A stretch of 64,000 nt of DNA from Haliotis rubra (taxonomy: Eukaryota): the NCBI RefSeq assembly GCF_003918875.1, contig NW_025767356.1:248001-312000 (forward strand). Direction: 5' to 3'. Positions 56,204 through 64,000 of the stretch are shown here, one piece after another. The first letter of the stretch is position 1. The number at the start of each line of letters is the position of its first letter. The translations under genes and the position numbers were made by a program. The notes under the pieces are model-generated. The model ran no database searches and was not told the origin of the DNA. It saw nothing but the letters and a program-made list of their open reading frames with translations.

Positions 56204-58803
56204 AGAAATAACTGTTTGATACACACAACCTGGGACTGAGTGCAACTACAAACAGCAGTTGGAGTCGGGCTCGGACGTCAATTACAGACATCATAATTGC
56301 CGATTGGACGTCACTTTACAATGTGTCGATGGAGCAATGAGCACGCCTTAAGACGAGACGAGTTTTGATGTGACTGTGGCATGTTGCTGCTGTTATTCAT
56401 GAATTCCTAAGTTGTGTGTGTGTGGTTATAAGGTACCCACGCGACAGTCCCTAGCTGGGTGTACCAAGCATGGATATAGTGCATAGCATCAGCAATTATT
56501 TGTTAAAAAAATGCTCATTGTTTTCATAACTACTGATTTGATGTACCATGACCTGGCCGAGGACCAACTCTCGTATTCGTAGGGCTTACAGTTGAGAGAT
56601 TTCCTTGGGATTTAGTTAACTATGTAACTACTTGGGGCCTTTATTGTGGATAATACATGTTCTTGTCATGGGATAATTATGTTAGTTTAATACAAATCAT
56701 CCGATGAAGGTTTGTTTAACAAACACAGTTGTCAGCCCTGGCTGACGTCAAGAGTTGCATACTCCGAGGTCCGCGCTTGACCCTGAGATTGTGGTCAGAA
56801 TTACTACAGATACGTCATTACTTCTGACTAGTTACTGTCAGTGTTGCTAATGCGTTTACATTCGCCTGGTAGACGTTAACACTTTGTCCTTAAAGCCTAA
56901 GTGCATTGTATTTCAAAAAGCCCTTTGAGCCACAATGCGCAGTGCGCACTAATCGGATTCTCTGAATGCGAGGAGTTAATGACGAATACAATACCCAAGG
57001 TCTGTTTGGTCTGGCGTCAATGAATTGGCCCATGAGCTCATATCATTGATCACTGCTAAAAGACATTGACTTCGTTCCTTATTATCCTTTATGTGTTGTA
57101 ATTCAAGTAATACTTTCGATAACAAACGACACGAAGTGAGTTCATTGGGTAGCAGGAAATTATTTTTGTCCTTGTTTCGCTTTTGCAGACGAAATACATG
57201 TTTCAGGTGTTTTTTCCCATTATTGAAGAGGCCGTGTTTCAGATAAATGCATGTTTGTGGCAAATGTGTCAAAACTGTAGGAGAGTGTGTCCTCGTATAC
57301 GTACTTTCAGTTGTACACTGTTCATGATGTGGCTTAAATACTGCCGATGTGACTTTAAATATTAACTCACTCAGTCACGCATTTTTTTACTGGGCAAAAT
57401 TAGTCAAAAAGAGTTATACACATTGGCAAGAATCACAAAACATATATTAAATTAGAAAGAAATGTGGAAGAGCTACCGCCTCGCCTCATTCCCAGCTATG
57501 AGGTTTGAGTAAGGTTTGGGTGGTGACAGTGTGGAAACAGATTTGATGGCAGGAGGTAAACAGGAGTCTCTTTATACGAGGGCTGTTTTAGATCATGTGG
57601 ATATTCAGATGTGACAAACATTTAAAGGGTGATAACTCGTGATAGTCTACTGTCTATATCTTGGTTCTCCTGATGTCTTGTTTGGTGATTTCCTGGTACA
57701 CTGTACACTGGTAAATGTCGGCTTATTGCGCTCCCGCATGTACACTTGTTAAAAACTATTCTTGATCCTGCTGAACCAGTCTGGGGCGAGACCTATGAAG
57801 GGAACAACTGATTGTGCCAAACATTGACAATGGTTTGACGACATGTTCGATCGTGGATATTATATCAAATAAATTCCCTGAAAATGTATCACAATTGCGT
57901 GTCAAATTAGACAGACACATACAGCACAGATGTCTATTGATGTATGTTGTGTCGCACTACATGCACAGTGTTGACTGTATGGTACATATACACTCTGTCA
58001 AACTCGGACTCTGTCTTTCTCGGATTGCTGTATTAACAGGACTGAACTTACGGTCCTGGCGTAATCCTTCTTTGTTGCCATAATGAAAAAGCTCTGTAGC
58101 TCGGACTCTCATTATTTCGGATTTCGGACCAAAGTGTCGGCCCGAAAAGGTAGTTACACGTAAAACTGTACACGATATTGTGTATTCTCTGCCCTCTTTT
58201 GTAAACGTTTTTGTGTGTAAAAGCCTCCATGTAATGAACATGCACACATCGATAATCACATTGATTTCAATTAAGTACTAATAAAGTATCACGCTTTCAC
58301 TTAAGCTCATATTCAGCTTTGTTTAACATCTGGTATACCTCTGAAGGTATGAAGAGTGTGTGTGTGTGATATCCATTGATATCAAGGAAGCCTCATGTTT
58401 GTAAACAGTATTGAGCAGGCTGTGTTTGAGCATTGGTCCGTGTAGATTTCCCGCTCTGTGAGACCACCCCAGCGTAGATTGTTGATGAAGTAAGGGGTGA
58501 TGCACGTCGTTACAGCGACGTGCAGGACCTCAGAGTACAGGTTGTAAGTTGTAGCTGTGAATACTTCTGTTTTAACTCGTTCGAATCGTGATCATCCCGA
58601 GAGGCAGGGAATACGAAAACTCTCTTTTCACACATGCACTCTCTCACACATATTCGAACCGCACACTCTCTCACACACAAACGTACTCACATCCACACTC
58701 TCACACGCACGCATTCACGAACAACACTATCTACTTTATAGTCTCTCTTATGTTCACGCACACACGTACACATATGTTCTCACACATAAACCCGTACGAT
58801 CAA

Positions 58804-58866
58804 TCTCTCTCTCTCTGTCTCTCTCGTTCTCGTTCTCTCTCGCTCTCCCTCCTTCCCTCCCTCACG

Positions 58867-58897
<31 letters not shown>

Positions 58898-58913
58898 TAT
58901 TTATAATGTCAAT

Positions 58914-58950
<37 letters not shown>
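58804..58950. repeat. (CT)n/(CA)n microsatellites just upstream of the G9 start
   Basis: Read directly from the sequence. Confidence 0.9.
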
Positions 58951-58953
<3 letters not shown>

Positions 58954-59109
58954 TTACATGCACAATCACATGCTGAGACAGTTCTCACAAATCTATAAAC
59001 CCTTGACACTGGTGTATCATTACTCAATTGTGTCAGGCGTGTTACAACCCGGAAGCTGGGTCAGCACTCTGACAGTCTCTAGCTCCCCTTTGGTCACGAC
59101 ACAATAGCG

Positions 59110-62100
59110 ATGGCCCGTGTACGCCCATCTCTCGCTGTTATAATACTGCTGATACTGACGTTGGATAATTCTAGAGTAACCCACAGTCAACATTCAGGTG
59201 AGTGACTGTTTTACTACAGATATAGACCATTCTTCAGCTCTAATCTCCTTCATGTCTTTTATCCACAAGATCTATACTGCACCTGACAACCGAAAGTCAA
59301 TGAGAAGCATTATCTTTGCATGATGATATGTGTGTTAAGAGGAGGTAATATAATATGATCTTTACATGCATTTTGTTTTCATGTCCGAGATATGAAGTAT
59401 CTAGGTTTATATAATATGTAAGGCAGTTGACCTCAGCAAGACCAACCAACATGAAAGTATACCAGGTTTTCACGCATCTCTCGTAACTATAGATGTGATG
59501 ACGCTATAGAACCAATATATTGTCACCCACTAAATACTATACAGAGTTCTCATTATCTCATGTCAACCCTTAGAGATGTTATCTCAATTACTTACTTCTT
59601 TTTGTAGTAAATAAGACATTCCATGGATCCTGTTTCCCTGCAAACGCAACTGTGGCTGAGATAAACTGCAAGAAGGAAGGTGGAGATTTATTCAGCCTTG
59701 TGGATTTGAAGTTGGCCTATGGTCTTGTCGTGTTGGAGTCGGCAATACCTGATGTGGGGGCGATATGGATGAATGGCAACACAGGCAGTAATGTTTTTAC
59801 GTATCATTATCTCATACTTGTGAACGGAAGCAAGCTTGTGTGACCGATTACGTCTAAATTGTTTGATTCTAAAATAATTCCTCTGTTATTTGTAGCTTAC
59901 ACATGTTAAATATGAATATTACACAAGCATATAGAGTGCGCTTATTACTTTAGGGACGACAGAAGATGACCCGTTGTCATTTCATTATCATCAACAAGAT
60001 AGGGGCAGCATTGTAAATACAAGTAAATTGACGTTTCCGTGACCTGATAGACAGATCACCAGCAGTGGTTCGATCTATGGCCGCATACCAAAGTACACAC
60101 ACGCACGTACACGCGTACATGCATGCACCTTCACATACACACACCTACACACATGCACGAACACACATGCATGCATATCGTTTTCTTAGTGCATTTGTCT
60201 TCAATCCTCATTTCACCTCACCATATGAACAGACATGAAATATACAGGTGAAAACATCAACCATACGACGTTTATTGTATACGAAATACATGCATCTCAC
60301 GCTTCGCACGCCCTTCTGCTGTTTTTCTGTTCTTCAGTAGTTAGTGAGTCTGACGTCTATCAGGAACTTTACAATACCTGCCGATATTACATCGACATCT
60401 TCGTGTTCTGTATTCGCAGCTACTTATCCACTCAATGTCAAGCATAGTCATAATGTCCCATATAAGTGCACCGCCTCATTTATATGTTCGACAAAAGATA
60501 TATCACTTGCAACAATTCAAATTATTATGTGATGTTATACAGCAATCCAGTACACTGTTGGCATCATAAAATGCCCAATACAATGATCTCAATACATTGT
60601 GCAAAATGATGTTGCAGATCCCTGTCAAAGTACCACAGATGGAGCCAGTATCAAGACAAACATTTGTTGTGTGGCTGTTAGTGAGTACACGCTTGTGGCA
60701 CATTACCACTGTATACATGTACCTGCTGTTCTTTGTGTATCATACAGCACAGATCCTCAATAACATCTGACCTCAAGGTCATCTCTACTGATGACATGTG
60801 TAGCATGATATCTGGCGTTTTTGGAGGATGTGCATTGTATTGTGCCAAGAGGTAGATACCGTTGATACAACATTTATCAGTGGTGAGAGAGTGAGCAGTG
60901 AAGTGGTTGGTTTATGCTGAACTTAACAGTGGAAATGTACTACATGCTTCTCGGTAGACTTATGTATGTAACTGACTGCCCCACATCAGCTGTTACTCTT
61001 CAAGCAACCCGATATGTCGCTTATTGCATGTGTGACATCAGCATAGTCTTGTTTGATTCAAACAGATTTTATCTTGCTTTTGTCAGATTCAAATGGCACT
61101 AACATATTCCAGACCGCCAACTGTGGAGACCAGTATCACTATGTTTGCAACTTAAACACTAGTAAGTGGAACAGCGTTCATTTGTAATTTGCAACAGCAT
61201 GATTTAACTTCATTTTGGTGTACAATATCATAACGTTATGTAAACATTGTTTAAATTTCACTTGTAACAGGAAATTGTATTCATTATATGATAAAACTAA
61301 ATGGAACGTAACTATATTAATTGGTCATTACGTTCATCTTGATATGACATGTGCACATCACTTCAAACATCCAAACTAGGTGGTCACTATGTCAGATCTA
61401 GAATCATATGAACAACATTAGTGTCCAGTTGAAATCTAGATGCTCACAAGATCTACATAGAAGCAACGTCAGATTATCCGAAATATAGTTGAATTTGTTG
61501 TGTGTATCTTCATCTTGTACATTGTTACCCACAGCTTCCACGGAAGAGCGAAATGGTAAGTATATATCATGCAAGAAGACTAAAGAATCAAGCATGCGAT
61601 AACTCGCCTTACGGTTCGAGATGTGGAGCAGTATGAAACACAGATGTACAGCCATGTTTATTTTCTTTCTGTGCCACAGGAACACATCTCTACATACCTT
61701 GCTTGAACAACATACCTTCAACAGGTAAGCTGATGAAATGTTTCCTATCCCGGTATGTAATGTCACAGTCACTAAAACATGTCACATCCATGTCACAGGA
61801 AAGGCCGGAAATGGCATGTCAAATAAATATGTCAGAAATCTGCACTATTCGTCAACATCGTCCCTGCCTTAATCTATGAATTCTCTGTACATGTGTAATA
61901 CTTCCCTTTAATGAGAATTGGTAGGTTACATTTTGTCACTTTTGCAGACATTGCTGGCATCATTGCGGGGACGTGCCTGACTATAACGCTTGTCGTGGCT
62001 TTGATAACTGTCTGGTGCTACTGCAGTCGGTAAGGGAATGGTCTTATTTGTGATGATTTTCTTAAACTGATATATACTTGACAAAAATAGTTACGGATAT

Positions 62101-62680
62101 ATGTAAATTTTGAAATTATGAATTATGATCTATTTATTCATTTACACCCTGATAAAATATCAATCATAAAAATACTAATATACCTAACTTATTTTGTCCA
62201 GTATATATGCACCATGCTGCTGAATTACAGGTAACGTTTTAGACCGGTGGGTTGTACATGGTACAAGAGTTCATAAAGAAACATTCTATGTGATTCAGGA
62301 TCAGGAAACCCAAGCGTTATGCAGTGCGGGTTGAGAGTGCGATATACCACCGTCAACATCCTGATACAGACAAGGGAGGCAACAGAGCTGCTGATGTAAC
62401 GGCTATAGATGACATCAACACAGACTCTGCTGCTATCAACCAGGAACAACGTAAAGGAGCAAATGGCGGCGATTATGACACATTGTGCAGGATGTGGTCA
62501 ACAGAAGACAATGTAGTTAACCAGAGGTCCGACGTGGCGTCGGTGTACAGCCATTTGTCAGGAATTGACAATCTGGGTGGTTGGACCATCGAAAACCATT
62601 ACGACAGCACCGCTGTACCCATGTATGACAGGAGACCTGTTGATAATTTATATGACAGAACACATGTCCCGGATATATAG
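59110..62680 (+). CDS. G9: CTLD-like type I receptor with ITIM-like long tail
   Basis: Exons 59110-59197 (signal MARVRPSLAVIILLILTL), 59608-59787, 60618-60680, 61087-61161 (ANCGDQYHYVCN), 61535-61555, 61680-61724 (LYIPC), TM 61948-62029 and tail 62299-62680 (DYDTL, SVYSHL, HYDST, LYDRT). One small exon between 59787 and 60618 may be missed. Confidence 0.9.
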
Positions 62681-62867
62681 ACATAGATATACAGTCTTAA
62701 TGACGTTTTACAGTTTGAATTCTTGTCCAAATGAAAGTGAGTTATGTGAAACGCCCTGTTGGATACTATTTTATTAATATTCAAAACGGACTTAGCATGG
62801 AAATGGACGTTGCAGTATGATGACGAGGGCAGCCATATCCTACACATGTAGAACGAGCCACCAACCA

Positions 62868-62961
62868 GGGCTCTGTTTCACAAAGCTATCGTAGCGCTCC
62901 GACTGTCATAAATCTATGTTACAGTATCGTAACGCTACGATAGCTTTGTGAAACAGGGACC
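62868..62961. mobile_element. Short hairpin MITE
   Basis: ctgtttcacaaagctatcgtagcg ... cgctacgatagctttgtgaaacag. Confidence 0.7.
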
Positions 62962-64000
62962 AGTCGCTCATGCAAGGTAATTGGAAAGCATTACTTTACT
63001 TAGATGAAAGTCTCCAAAGTCACCTGCTTTGCGTTTTCGACCCTTGGCGTGAGATTGTGCAGCAGGAGAATGCCTGACCAAACGCTAGGTGTGTAAACAT
63101 GGATTTCCAACTAAATCGGAACATTATTGTGCTTCTATGATCATCAATTTTGACAGACACAGTGGCTTTCTCCATGTAAAGAATGCTTTTACAGAGAAAT
63201 ATTATTTCAAATATAGACGTAATTATTTTCGCTCCTGCGTTTCTGTTAGGGAGTATATAATTATTGATAAAATATAGGTTGTTTAGTACAGCGCTAGGTA
63301 CAACCAGGGCTAATGGCAGCAATCCGTCTTGTAAGTGTGGGATGGGAGGTCGGTTATGTATTGTACTGATAGAGAGAAGACAGACACTTGGATTCCGTAC
63401 TGTACATATTGATCTGATAACCACCTCGTACATTTCATGAACTTCCGACTGAATCTTATCCCAAGACGTTTAAAGTAATTGTCTTGGTAATGTTTAAGCA
63501 AAAATCCAGCTCAGGCACATAGTTTAGTAAATGTACAACTAGAAAGATTTGGGATATTTGGGAAATCATATTGATTAGTATATATCAGAACAGAACATAT
63601 TATTCTATATATAGTATCTTAATAGAGTTAATTTTATGAGATGGATGTTTATACTGTTTCTCGTTTCTTCTTTTATTCTTTATGGTGTGTGTGGTGTGGT
63701 AATAAAAACGGTTCATTTTAAATACTTACTGTCCAGCATAACAAGGTAGCTGCCTGTAGTACAATGTCTCATTCTCCGTCACTCTGCCTGGAATGACCAG
63801 TGCAATTATTAACATAGAATATTTACCACAAAATGCTAATTGCGAAGGAACGGCACACATCCTATCGGTTAACTCTGTTTCCCTGTTTCCTTATCATAAG
63901 GTCTTAGTACACTGCTTCTGTATCAGACAAGCTCTTTGCTACTGACGGTTCTGTGATACACCTGCTGACTACGGCCTTCTCTCCCTCATCAATATGTGAC

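Noticed and set aside
58557-59027. His/Thr-rich ORFs
   Set aside because: Translations of CA and CT microsatellites.
59040-59060. ETS-like ccggaag site upstream of G9 (GGAA cores also near G6 and G8)
   Set aside because: Too short to distinguish from chance without conservation data.
60338-60852. Additional G9 exon candidates near 60338, 60364 and 60750
   Set aside because: No convincing phase-consistent donor and acceptor pair.

Overview
Eukaryotic, intron-rich and AT-rich DNA; the SINE families resemble those I recall from abalone (Haliotis), which is an inference. The ORF track mostly misses the genes because exons are short. Manual splicing (GT-AG and reading phase checked) gives a tandem + strand cluster of about nine related single-pass membrane protein genes (G1-G9). 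Six of them (G3, G5-G9) have a very divergent C-type-lectin-like domain (CTLD) without EPN/QPD/WND motifs. Its N-half lies on an ungapped 180-nt exon block. The typical layout is signal exon, CTLD exons, phase-1 stalk microexons, TM exon and a final cytoplasmic exon. The tails differ sharply: ITIM-like, YxxP/YxN/YxxM-rich, short, tyrosine-free or absent. G2 and G4 appear to have almost no ectodomain, and G4 resembles a LAT/NTAL-type transmembrane adaptor. The whole looks like an invertebrate paired immune-receptor complex, analogous in design to the vertebrate NK complex. Introns and spacers hold two Tc1 elements, Kolobok-like TTAA elements, MITEs, Penelope and LINE fragments, tRNA-derived SINEs, minisatellites and two assembly gaps.
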